From positions 1-64,000 of the forward strand of contig DASRGZ010000224.1 in NCBI GenBank assembly GCA_035650735.1: a stretch of 64,000 nucleotides of DNA, read 5' to 3'. A program made the translations under genes and the position numbers. The notes below the pieces were generated by a model that did no database searches, was not told the origin of the DNA, and was given only the letters and a program-made list of their open reading frames with translations. This document shows positions 10,072-18,995 of the stretch, piece after piece. This stretch comes from Chthonomonadaceae bacterium (GTDB lineage Bacteria > Armatimonadota > Chthonomonadetes > Chthonomonadales > Chthonomonadaceae). The stretch's first letter is position 1, and each line of letters begins with the position of its first letter.

Positions 10072-11268
10072 ATGCAAGAAGAGAAGGCTCTAACAGAACA
10101 GAACCGCCCACTCGCCATCTACGTCCACGTCCCCTTTTGTAAGAAGCACTGCGCCTATTGTGACTTCAATACCTACGTGGAGAAGGCGCAGAGCGCCCTT
10201 GTAGACCAGACGGTGGAGGCTATCTGCCGCGACATCGAGCGCGCAGCGGCGGAGATGGATGGCAGGACGCCGCTCGGTACGCGCCCGGTGCCGACCGTCT
10301 TCTTCGGGGGCGGGACGCCGACCTTCCTGAGCGGGGAGCAGTTGGCGCATATCTTGGACGTTATCCGCGCCAATTTTGCGGTTGCGCCGGACGCCGAGAT
10401 CTCCAGCGAGGCCAATCCCGGCTCGTCGGACGCGGAGAAGTTCGCCGCCATGCGCGCCGCCGGGTTCAACCGCCTGAGCATCGGCGTGCAGTCGTTCGAC
10501 GACGCGCTACTGATGGCGCTGGATCGATTCCACACGGCGGGCGAGGCCGAGCGCGCCCTACAGGCAGCCCGTGAGGCTGGGTTTGCCAATATTAACCTGG
10601 ACCTGATGTTCGGCCTGCCCCAACAGACGCTTCCGCTCTGGGAGGCGACTCTGGAGCGCGCCCTGGCTCTGCGCCCCGCACACCTCTCGCTCTACGCCCT
10701 CACCCTGGAGCCCGGCACGCGCTTTGAGCGGCTGCACGCGGGCGGCAAGCTGGACCTGCCCGACGAGGAGACCGAGCTTGCCATGTACGAGCGGTGCATC
10801 GCAGCGCTGACGGCAGCCGGCTACGCGCACTACGAGGTGAGCAACTTCGCGCAGCCCGGCTTCCGCTGCCAGCATAACCAGGTCTACTGGCGCAACGAGG
10901 AGTATCTGGGAGTCGGGCCAGGGGCCGTGTCGTATATTGCCGGGCGCCGCTGGAAGCGGGAGCGCCTGCCCCTCCGCTATGTGCAGAAGGTCAATGCCGG
11001 GGCCGATTTGAGCGTGGAGTCGGAGTGCCTGGACATCGCGGGCGCGCTTGGTGAGACGATGATGCTGGGCCTGCGGATGCGCGAGGGACTGCCGTTGCAG
11101 CGCCTTCGCGACCGCTTCGGCATCGAGCCGCGAACATACTTCGCCGCGCAAATCGAGAAGCTTACCGCACGCGGCCTGCTCGTGCTGGAGGAGGATACCC
11201 TCCGCCTGACGCATCGGGGCCTGCTGCTGGCTAACGACGTGCTGGGCGAATTCCTCCCGGAGACCTAA
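10072..11268 (+). CDS. hemW: Radical SAM heme chaperone HemW
   Basis: YVHVPFCKKHCAYCDF, FFGGGTP, RLSIGVQSF and YEVSNF..HNQVYW motifs. Confidence 0.9.
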   Translation: MQEEKALTEQNRPLAIYVHVPFCKKHCAYCDFNTYVEKAQSALVDQTVEAICRDIERAAAEMDGRTPLGTRPVPTVFFGGGTPTFLSGEQLAHILDVIRANFAVAPDAEISSEANPGSSDAEKFAAMRAAGFNRLSIGVQSFDDALLMALDRFHTAGEAERALQAAREAGFANINLDLMFGLPQQTLPLWEATLERALALRPAHLSLYALTLEPGTRFERLHAGGKLDLPDEETELAMYERCIAALTAAGYAHYEVSNFAQPGFRCQHNQVYWRNEEYLGVGPGAVSYIAGRRWKRERLPLRYVQKVNAGADLSVESECLDIAGALGETMMLGLRMREGLPLQRLRDRFGIEPRTYFAAQIEKLTARGLLVLEEDTLRLTHRGLLLANDVLGEFLPET

Positions 11269-11444
11269 GAATCCACCGATTACACCGATTGATAAAGATT
11301 TCAAAAACCTAAACACGGATGGGATGGATTAAACGGATAACACGGATTGGCAAGCCCTTTTTCCCTTTATCCGTGTCATCCGTTCCATTCGTGTTTCTCT
11401 TTGTCTTTTAATCGGTGTTAATCGGTGTAATCGGTGGATTCTTA
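11266..11444. repeat. Nested inverted-repeat (MITE/REP-like) element between convergent genes
   Basis: Perfect 25-bp IR TAAGAATCCACCGATTACACCGATT (11266-11290 / 11420-11444) enclosing a second imperfect IR. Confidence 0.8.
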
Positions 11445-11821
11445 TTTGCCGCTCTCTCGGCGTCGTTAAGGGCCTTGACGGCGGTGGAGAGGCGCATCGC
11501 CACGACTTCGGCATCCCGCTGCGATTGGCCGCTTAGCTGCGCCGACTGCGGCGTGCCGTCACCGCCCTGCCATTGCAGCAGCACCCCGCTCTGCTTGTGA
11601 TGACTCAGGAACGCCATCAGTTGGTGGCAGAGGTCGCGGGCCGCCGTCGGAGAGGAGATGGTCAGCCGCAGCCAGTCGGTATAGGCGCCGGTGTCCTCTG
11701 CGTCCGGCGCAGGCGTATCCTCGGTAACGACGCGACAGCCGGGCAGCTTCGGCAGCAACTTCTCGGCAAAGTCGCGCCGGTTGTTCTCGTTGGTAAACCC
11801 TAACCGTGCTTCAAACGGCAT
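11408..11821 (-). CDS. Hypothetical protein downstream of hisS
   Basis: 137-aa ORF with RBS AGGAG; the C-terminus runs into the repeat element. Confidence 0.7.
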   Translation of the reverse strand: MPFEARLGFTNENNRRDFAEKLLPKLPGCRVVTEDTPAPDAEDTGAYTDWLRLTISSPTAARDLCHQLMAFLSHHKQSGVLLQWQGGDGTPQSAQLSGQSQRDAEVVAMRLSTAVKALNDAERAANKNPPITPINTD

Positions 11822-11853
11822 AGCCTCTCCTCCTTGAATGATAGAACTGCCGA

Positions 11854-13152
11854 CTACCCGTTGGAAAGCCGGACCAGTTCCGTGACGATGTCGGCGAGGG
11901 GCGCTTCGCGCTGCTCCTTCGTCGTCTGGTCGCGCAGGCCCACGACACCCCGCTCCACCTCGTTCTCGCCCAGGATGAGCGCATAGCGCGCGCCCAGGTC
12001 GTCGGCGCGTTTGATCTGCGCCCCGAACTTGCGGCTGCGGTAATCCATATCGGCCGGAATGCCGGCGTGACGGATCTCGGCCAGCAGCTTCACGGCGGCA
12101 GGCCGCACTCGCGCCTCCTCGCCCAGCGTGACAATGAAGGCAAAGGGCCGCTCGTCCGGAATGGGTAGCTCAATACCAAGCGCATCAAGGGTAATCAGGC
12201 AGCGCTCTATGCCCAGCCCGAAGCCGATGCCCGGCAGAGGCGGCCCGCCGCACTCCTCCACCAGCCCGTTATAGCGCCCGCCGCCGCCCAGCGCGTTCTG
12301 CGCGCCCAGTTCCGTGCCGATGATCTCAAAGGCCGTCTTGGTGTAGTAGTCGAAGCCGCGCACCAGCCGGGGATCAATGACGTAGGGTACGCCTGCTGCT
12401 CGCAGATAGGATTGCAGCTTCTCGAAATGCTCGCGGCTCTCGTCGTCCAGGTAGTCCAGCAGGCGCGGGGCGTCGGCGAGCAGGCGCAGGTCCTTCTCGT
12501 CTTTGGTGTCGAGCATCCGCAGCGGGTTGACCTCAAAGCGGTGCTGTCCCTCCGCGCTCATCTGGGAGAGGAACGGGCGAACGTAGTCGCGCAGGGCCTC
12601 GCGGTAGCGCGCGCGCGACTCCGGCGTGCCCACCGAATTGATATGCAGCTCCTGCCCCGTGATACCCAGCGCTCGGTAAAACTCCATCGCCAACAGGATC
12701 ACCTCGGCATCCAGGGCCGGGTCGTCGGAGCCGAAGACCTCCACGCCCAACTGCTCGTGCTGCCGGTAACGCCCGCGCTGCCCGCGCTCGTAGCGGAAGT
12801 TCTGCCCGACATAGTAGAGCTTGAGCAGCGGATGCTCGGCGAAGAGATTGTGCTCGATGCAGGCGCGCACCGCCCCCGCCGTACCCTCCGGCTTCAAGGT
12901 CAGGCTGCGCCCGCCCCGGTCGGTAAAGGTGAACATCTCCTTGCTGACGATGTCGGTCGCCTCGCCGATGCTGCGGGTGAACAGCTCGGTCTGCTCCAAG
13001 ATGGGCGTGCGGATCTCGCGGTAGTCATAGCGGCGGCAGACCTCGCGGAAGACGTTCTCCACGTAGCGCCAGCGGGCGGCGTGCAGCCAGGAGTCTTTGG
13101 TCGGCGGGAACGGCAGAACATCATACATATAGGGTGGAGCGGTATATTTCAT
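11854..13152 (-). CDS. hisS: Histidine--tRNA ligase
   Basis: EIRTP, DIVSKEMF, LKPEGTA, FRYER, LVRGFDYY and GGGRY motifs. Confidence 0.97.
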   Translation of the reverse strand: MKYTAPPYMYDVLPFPPTKDSWLHAARWRYVENVFREVCRRYDYREIRTPILEQTELFTRSIGEATDIVSKEMFTFTDRGGRSLTLKPEGTAGAVRACIEHNLFAEHPLLKLYYVGQNFRYERGQRGRYRQHEQLGVEVFGSDDPALDAEVILLAMEFYRALGITGQELHINSVGTPESRARYREALRDYVRPFLSQMSAEGQHRFEVNPLRMLDTKDEKDLRLLADAPRLLDYLDDESREHFEKLQSYLRAAGVPYVIDPRLVRGFDYYTKTAFEIIGTELGAQNALGGGGRYNGLVEECGGPPLPGIGFGLGIERCLITLDALGIELPIPDERPFAFIVTLGEEARVRPAAVKLLAEIRHAGIPADMDYRSRKFGAQIKRADDLGARYALILGENEVERGVVGLRDQTTKEQREAPLADIVTELVRLSNG

Positions 13153-13249
13153 GGCAGAGTTGGTTCCTCATCCCGGATTAAGCGTCTACTTATGAACAAC
13201 CCAGAGCGCGTTATGACGGATCCGTCATAAACCGGAGTAAACGGCTACT

Positions 13250-13279
13250 ATTGTACGTCACGAACCGCCGCCAAGTCAA
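13250..13279 (-). promoter_or_regulatory. Probable hisS promoter TTGACT-N18-TACAAT
   Basis: Plus strand ATTGTA at 13250-13255 and AGTCAA at 13274-13279. Confidence 0.5.
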
Positions 13280-13387
13280 ATCCGTGCGGAAAACGCGGGG
13301 TCAATGGCGAATAAAAGAGCATAATGAGGAGATGGCCAGTATTTCCTTTCCTCGTTTCCCTATTTCCGTGCTTCTGGAGGAGGCTGG

Positions 13388-14356
13388 ATGCCGACAGCGG
13401 AACGTTTACAGGGCTCCTGGATAGATTTTCAGCACCAGAACCCGCACGACGGCGATTATTGGAACGTCACGACGCGCCAATTCACCGCCGAGCAGTGGCG
13501 CGGCAAGGTTGCCGAGATGGCCGCGCTCGGCCTGCAATATATCGTAATTATGTCCTCGGCGCTGGACGATAAGGCGTTCTATCCGTCCGCATGGATGCCG
13601 TGCTGGGACCTGGCCTGCGAAGACCCGATTGCGGCGGTGCTGGAAGAAGCGGCGGCACGGGGCCTGCGCGTCTTCGTCAGCGCCGGCTTCTACGGCCACA
13701 CGACCGAGGAGACTAGCGGCGCAGACGACTACCTGGACTGGCATCGGCGCCTGGTTTCCGAGCTCTGGGAGCGTTACGGCCACTCTCCCGCCTTCTACGG
13801 TTGGTACGTGCCCAACGAGGCGTCCATCGAGGGCCACTTCAGCGCGGGCTATATGGAGTTTATGCGGGAGTTCACGCCGTCGCTTAAGGCGCTGGCGCCG
13901 GACAGGCGCGTCCTCATCGCGCCCTATGGAACCAACAAGGTCATCGAAGATGACCGATTTGTGCAGCGGTTACGCGCTTTGGGAACGGCGGGCGTGGATT
14001 TCATCGCTTACCAGGATGAGGTCGGCGTCCGCAAGACGCGGGTGGATCAGTTGCCAGCGATCTACGCGCGCCTGCGCCGCCTGCACGACCGGGCCGCCGA
14101 GGGCGGTCACGCCGCGCCCGCGCTCTGGGCCGATACGGAGATTTTCGAGTTTGAGGGCGCGACCTATGCCAGCGCGCTCGTGCCGGCTTCACTCCAGCGC
14201 ATCCGGCAGCAGTTGGCGGCCCTCGCGCCCTACGTGGATACCATGCTCTGCTACCAGACGCACGGCCTGATGAATCCGCCGGACAGTCCCCAGTTCTGCG
14301 GCCACCCCGACAGCGCCCGCCTCTGGACAGAGTATATGAACTGGATAACGCGGTAG
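13388..14356 (+). CDS. DUF4434-like putative glycoside hydrolase (TIM barrel)
   Basis: AFYPS, HSPAFYGWYVPNE, VDFIAYQDEVG and LWADTEIF motifs; RBS GGAGG. Confidence 0.75.
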   Translation: MPTAERLQGSWIDFQHQNPHDGDYWNVTTRQFTAEQWRGKVAEMAALGLQYIVIMSSALDDKAFYPSAWMPCWDLACEDPIAAVLEEAAARGLRVFVSAGFYGHTTEETSGADDYLDWHRRLVSELWERYGHSPAFYGWYVPNEASIEGHFSAGYMEFMREFTPSLKALAPDRRVLIAPYGTNKVIEDDRFVQRLRALGTAGVDFIAYQDEVGVRKTRVDQLPAIYARLRRLHDRAAEGGHAAPALWADTEIFEFEGATYASALVPASLQRIRQQLAALAPYVDTMLCYQTHGLMNPPDSPQFCGHPDSARLWTEYMNWITR

Positions 14357-14439
14357 CGTCCTGCTGGAACTAACGCCTGAGGGGTCAAGCGTTCCGTTGC
14401 TGAGTACATGAGCTGGATAACGCGGTAGCGTCCTGTTGG
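14330..14439 (+). repeat. 38-bp imperfect direct repeat duplicating the 3' end of the upstream gene
   Basis: 14330-14367 versus 14402-14439, 35/38 identical, separated by 34 bp. Confidence 0.8.
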
Positions 14440-14590
14440 GAAGGCGCCGTTTCTTGCAGAAATATCCCTCTGTGGCGATGTTTCTGCGCCGCCAGACGTA
14501 AAAAAAGAAGCCCTCGCCATCCCGGCTTTTCCGCTTTTTGCCGGACGCCCGCAGTACCTATTCCAAAGCGCACGACTCTGGCTGCCTATC

Positions 14591-16597
14591 ATGCACATTC
14601 CCGATTCCGTTCTCAGCCCCGCAACCTCCGCCGTCACCGGCGCTGCCATGCTGCCCGTATGGGCATTGGCCGGGCGGCGCGTGCGCCAGAACCTGGGCGC
14701 GCGGCAGGCACCCCTGCTGGCGCTGGGCGCGGCCTTCTGCTTCACCATCATGCTGTTCAATATCCCGGCGCTGGGCGGCACCACCGCCCATCCGGTGGCG
14801 GGAACGCTGCTGGCGGTGATGATCGGGCCGTGGGCGGCGACTATCGGCATGTCGGTGACGCTGGCGATACAGGCCCTTTTCTTTGGCGATGGCGGCCTGC
14901 TGACCTACGGCGCCAATTGCTTTACGATGGCGTTCGTGCTGCCGTTCGTCGGCTACAGCATCTACCGGTTGGCGGCGGGTCGCAGCGCGCCCAACGCGCC
15001 TGCCCGCGCCCTATGCGCCGCCCTCGGCGCCTACGTGGGCCTCAACGCGGCGGCAGCAGTGGTCGCCGTGCTGCTGGGCGTCCAGCCGGCGCTGTTCCAT
15101 AAGCCCAACGGCGAGGCGCTCTACTTTCCTTTCGGCCTGAAGGTGACGCTGCCGGCGATGCTGGGCACGCACCTGCTCATCGCCGGGCCGGCGGAGGCGG
15201 TAGTTACCGGACTCGTCGTGCGCTACTTGCAGGCGGCAGGCATCCCACTCTATGGCACGGCCAGCCTGGCGGCGGGGCCGCGCAGGCGGCGCGAGGCGCT
15301 CTGGATCGGGCTGCTGGCCCTGCTCGCGCTCTCCCCCCTCGGCCTGCTCGCCAGAGGCGAGGCCTGGGGCGAGTGGGACGTGCAGGGTTTGGCTGCCCAG
15401 ATTGAGAAGACAGAGGGCAAAGTCTACGTGCCGGAGGGCGCGGAACGGGCGGAGCGGCACGGCTACAAGGGCCTGCGCGGCCTGGAAGACTACGCCAGCG
15501 ACGACGGCAAGAACAGATGGGGCTACGTCGGCGCGGCGCTCCTGGGCGTCGGCGCCATCGTCGTCCTCACCCTCCTGGGCGGGCGCTTCCTTGCCCGGCG
15601 TGCGGAGGAGAGCAATGGAGGCGGCGCTGCGGGCGGAAATGGCGAGATGGAGCCAGGGCAGCCTGCGCTCACAAGCCGTGCGTCCCCTTCCCCGCTCCCG
15701 GATTGGCTGCAGCGTCCCTCCGAGGAAACCGCGCCCTCGCTGGAACTTTCCGGGCGACCGCCCAACCGGTTCCTGGAGCGCACGCTGGGCGAGCTTTCCG
15801 CCAGCGCCGCCACCACGCTCTACGGCGAACGCTGGGCGCGGCAGCCCGGCTATTTGCAGCGGCGGGACGCCCGCGCCAAAGTCGTGGCGTTCCTGGGCCT
15901 GATCGGCGTCGTTGCCTGCGTTCATAACGCCGTGACGCTGCTTTGCCTATATGCTTTAACGGTTGGGCTGGCGGCGGCCTCGCGCCTGCCCGTCCGCCTG
16001 CTGGCGCAGCGCGTGTGGCTGTCGGTGCCGCTCTTTATCGGGGCGGTGGCCCTGCCCGTTGCGCTCAACGTGGTCACGCCGGGCCGCGCGCTGCTTGTGC
16101 TCTGGTCCCGGCCCTATCTGGCCTTGACGGCTCCAGGCCTGCAATTGGCGGCCATGCTGCTGCTGCGCGTGGGCGTGGCCGTTACGTTCGCCACGCTGCT
16201 GACGCTGACGACGCCCTGGAACGACCTCCTGCGCGCCCTGCGGGCGCTCTTTGTGCCGCGCCTGTTCGTCGGCGTGTTGGCGATGACCTATCGCTACGCG
16301 GCGGTGCTTCTGCACACGGCGGCGGAGATGTTTGTGGCGCGGCGCAGCCGGACGGTCGGGCGCGCGACCAACGCGCAGGGACGGGGATTTCTCGGCGCGG
16401 CCATCGGCGCGCTGTTCGGCAAGGCGCTGGCGCTCTCGGAAGAGGTGCACGCGGCCATGATCGCCCGAGGCTTTCAGGGGGAGATGCGGACGCTGAGCGT
16501 GCCGCGCTGGAAGCGGGCGGACTCGGTCTGGATACTGGCAATGGCGCTGGCGGCGGTGCTGGCGCTGGGAGGCGAATATGTTCCCTTCTTCCGTTGA
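14591..16597 (+). CDS. cbiM: Co/Ni ECF transporter, fused CbiM/NikM + PDGLE(NikN)-like + CbiQ/NikQ
   Basis: N-terminal MHIPD; GTTAH, QALFFGDGG and AWGEW motifs, then DARAK, MTYRY and AMIARGF of the T component, all in one 668-aa ORF. Confidence 0.88.
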   Translation: MHIPDSVLSPATSAVTGAAMLPVWALAGRRVRQNLGARQAPLLALGAAFCFTIMLFNIPALGGTTAHPVAGTLLAVMIGPWAATIGMSVTLAIQALFFGDGGLLTYGANCFTMAFVLPFVGYSIYRLAAGRSAPNAPARALCAALGAYVGLNAAAAVVAVLLGVQPALFHKPNGEALYFPFGLKVTLPAMLGTHLLIAGPAEAVVTGLVVRYLQAAGIPLYGTASLAAGPRRRREALWIGLLALLALSPLGLLARGEAWGEWDVQGLAAQIEKTEGKVYVPEGAERAERHGYKGLRGLEDYASDDGKNRWGYVGAALLGVGAIVVLTLLGGRFLARRAEESNGGGAAGGNGEMEPGQPALTSRASPSPLPDWLQRPSEETAPSLELSGRPPNRFLERTLGELSASAATTLYGERWARQPGYLQRRDARAKVVAFLGLIGVVACVHNAVTLLCLYALTVGLAAASRLPVRLLAQRVWLSVPLFIGAVALPVALNVVTPGRALLVLWSRPYLALTAPGLQLAAMLLLRVGVAVTFATLLTLTTPWNDLLRALRALFVPRLFVGVLAMTYRYAAVLLHTAAEMFVARRSRTVGRATNAQGRGFLGAAIGALFGKALALSEEVHAAMIARGFQGEMRTLSVPRWKRADSVWILAMALAAVLALGGEYVPFFR

Positions 16598-17498
16598 TCC
16601 CCCCCGCGCCGCGCAGACGGCAGCGAAGGCGCGCTGGGCCTCCCCACAGGAGGCGGCAGCCCCGGCGTTTGTCCTCTCCGGCGTCTGCTACGCCTATGGG
16701 CCGGGCGTTGTCGCGCTGCGCGACGTCTCGCTCACCATCGGGCAGGGCGAAAAGGTGGCGATCCTGGGGGCCAACGGCTGCGGCAAAAGCACGCTGATCA
16801 AGCTGCTCGGCGGCCTGATCCACCCGCAGAGCGGGGTCATCACGGCCTGCGGCGAGCCGCTGACGGAGGTGGCCCTGCGCGGCGAGGCGTTCGCCTATCG
16901 CTTCCGCCGCCGGGTCGGGTTCATCTTCCAGAACTCCGACGCGCAGCTTTTCTCGCCGACCGTGCGCGAAGAGATCGCCTTTGGGCCTCTCCAGATGGGC
17001 CTGCCCCGTGTCGAGATAGAGCGCCGGATCGCCGATCTCTGTACCCTGCTCGATCTAAATTCGCTGCTGGATCGCCCTCCCTTCCAGCTTTCCGGCGGCG
17101 AAAAGAAGAAGGTCGCCATCGCCAGCGTGCTCGTCACCAATCCCGACGTGCTCCTGCTGGACGAGCCGACTAACGGCCTCGACCCGCGCTCCCAGCACTG
17201 GCTGGTGGATCTATTGGTGAAATTGCACGCGGCGGGCAAAACCTTGATCACGGCCACGCACGATCTGAGCATCGTGCCGGAGATCGCCGACCGCGTTCTG
17301 GTCTTGGGCGAGGATCACACGCTGGCCGCCGAGGGGCCGACCCACGCGATCCTCTCCGATACCGACCTGCTGCTGCGCGTCAATCTCATCCACGAACACT
17401 GGCACTGGCACGGCAGTCTCTACCACTCACACCCGCATCACCACGACGCTGCCCACGACCATACCCACGATGGCGCCGACTCTCAGCCCCATCCTTAA
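16578..17498 (+). CDS. cbiO: ECF transporter ATPase CbiO with His-rich tail
   Basis: GANGCGKS, LSGGEKKK and LLLDEP motifs; C-terminal His cluster. Confidence 0.9.
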   Translation: MFPSSVDPPRAAQTAAKARWASPQEAAAPAFVLSGVCYAYGPGVVALRDVSLTIGQGEKVAILGANGCGKSTLIKLLGGLIHPQSGVITACGEPLTEVALRGEAFAYRFRRRVGFIFQNSDAQLFSPTVREEIAFGPLQMGLPRVEIERRIADLCTLLDLNSLLDRPPFQLSGGEKKKVAIASVLVTNPDVLLLDEPTNGLDPRSQHWLVDLLVKLHAAGKTLITATHDLSIVPEIADRVLVLGEDHTLAAEGPTHAILSDTDLLLRVNLIHEHWHWHGSLYHSHPHHHDAAHDHTHDGADSQPHP

Positions 17499-17509
17499 AG
17501 CGCCAGCCA

Positions 17510-17548
17510 AATCGAGAGCCGGGTCGATCAACGGCCCGGCTCTCGATT
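17510..17548. terminator. Hairpin between convergent genes, probable terminator
   Basis: AATCGAGAGCCGGG / CCCGGCTCTCGATT 14-bp stem. Confidence 0.65.
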
Positions 17549-17569
17549 CAAGAAGCGTCTTGTTTCGCT

Positions 17570-17968
17570 TTACGACGTCACTCCAGCCTGGCTCTCAAGG
17601 GTCAGGATGCCGCCGTCGAAGAAGGCGCGCACGTAGGCGAACCGCTCGTCCAGCACATCGCGCACGGGCGCGCGCCAATTGATTTCCTCCCGCAGGATCG
17701 CCTCGCCGTCGGCACCACACTCGGCACGGTAGGCGATTTCCTGGTAGTCTGCCAGCTCACTCTCAACTGCCCGGCATATCTCACCCAGACGGCGCAGTGC
17801 CTGATACTGCCGGGTCAGCGCCTGCAGGCTATCTGCCGGAGCGCAAACCTGCGCCTCCAGAGCGGCAAGCTGCCGGGCGCCCCCGGCATAGTGGGCTAAT
17901 CTTTCCTCAATTCGATCCAGATAGCATGGATCGTAGCGCGCGATGCGCGCGCTGAGCATTCCGTTCAT
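17570..17968 (-). CDS. Hypothetical helical protein
   Basis: 132-aa ORF with RBS GGAGG; weak resemblance to the release factor N-domain. Confidence 0.6.
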   Translation of the reverse strand: MNGMLSARIARYDPCYLDRIEERLAHYAGGARQLAALEAQVCAPADSLQALTRQYQALRRLGEICRAVESELADYQEIAYRAECGADGEAILREEINWRAPVRDVLDERFAYVRAFFDGGILTLESQAGVTS

Positions 17969-18357
17969 GGTACTGCCCTCCCTGTGCCAGGCAGTTCTCC
18001 GAGCTCACTCCTTCATTTCGCTCTCCTCAAGGCTTACTTCATCGCCTTACGATAATATCGTATGAACCAAAGCAAGAACCGGCTGCATCCGTCAATAGCG
18101 GTGCATTGCTGCTGTACCGACAGCGCCGCTCCTAGGAAGGGCTATATCTTCAGTATATAGCAGCGTCGGATAATTCGGATAGTACATTTGGCACAGGCGC
18201 TCTGTTAAATTGTATGCTGCCCGTTACACGGCTGTCCTACCGACAGGTACGTTCCGCGCTCGGCAAAATCCAGTTGTGTACGTTACCTACTTTAATGACG
18301 TTGGACCGAGGCGAGAAGTTGCCCTACTTTAGCATTCTCGCCAATCTGCGCTCTTTA

Positions 18358-18864
18358 CTAGCGGTCCTCGTACTGGGGCGCAATGGTTTTCTGCATGAAT
18401 CGGTGCTCGATATTGGCGTCCAGGAAAATCTCTCCCTCCGCCACATAGCCCAGCTGTTCGTAGAAGGGAATGGCCTGGAGTTGAGCGTCCAGGACGAGGC
18501 GGTGAAAGCCTTGCGCGCGGGCCGTCTCCTCAATAAAGCGCATCAGCAGCGCGCCAACGCCCTTGCCTCGATGCGCGCGCAGCACGGCGACGCGCCCGAC
18601 CTTGCCCACGCCGCCGCCCTTATCTACCAGTCGCGCGGTGGCGACGATGTCGGTAGGATCACCGACGGGCAAGGCCATATGGCGGACAAGGAAATGCGTC
18701 GCGACTACATCCAGCGCATCCAGTTCTTCCTCTGGCGGCACGCCCTGCTCCTCCACAAAGACGACCATACGTATAGCAAAGACGGCGGCGCGCTCTTCCG
18801 GCGTGGCGACCAGCGCTGCCCGGTACTCTTTCTTGGCATCCATAGGTTCTGGAGTAGGTTCCAT
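18358..18864 (-). CDS. GNAT N-acetyltransferase (YjcF/ElaA-like)
   Basis: IRMVVFVEEQGVP, GRVAV..HRGKGVG and FYEQLGY motifs. Confidence 0.9.
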   Translation of the reverse strand: MEPTPEPMDAKKEYRAALVATPEERAAVFAIRMVVFVEEQGVPPEEELDALDVVATHFLVRHMALPVGDPTDIVATARLVDKGGGVGKVGRVAVLRAHRGKGVGALLMRFIEETARAQGFHRLVLDAQLQAIPFYEQLGYVAEGEIFLDANIEHRFMQKTIAPQYEDR

Positions 18865-18995
18865 GCCTCTCTAGTTCGCCGGGAATCGGCGGGCTTCCTA
18901 TTGGTTTTGGCCGAAAAAGGCGCGCAGGGAAGCACCAGATGCATCGCGAATCGTAGTGTAGAAAAAAACGATGGGAAGGGTAGGCCCGACAGGGC

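Noticed and set aside
14330..14439. CRISPR array or DGR template/variable repeat
   Set aside because: Only two copies, one of them coding; differences are not adenine-specific and there is no reverse transcriptase.
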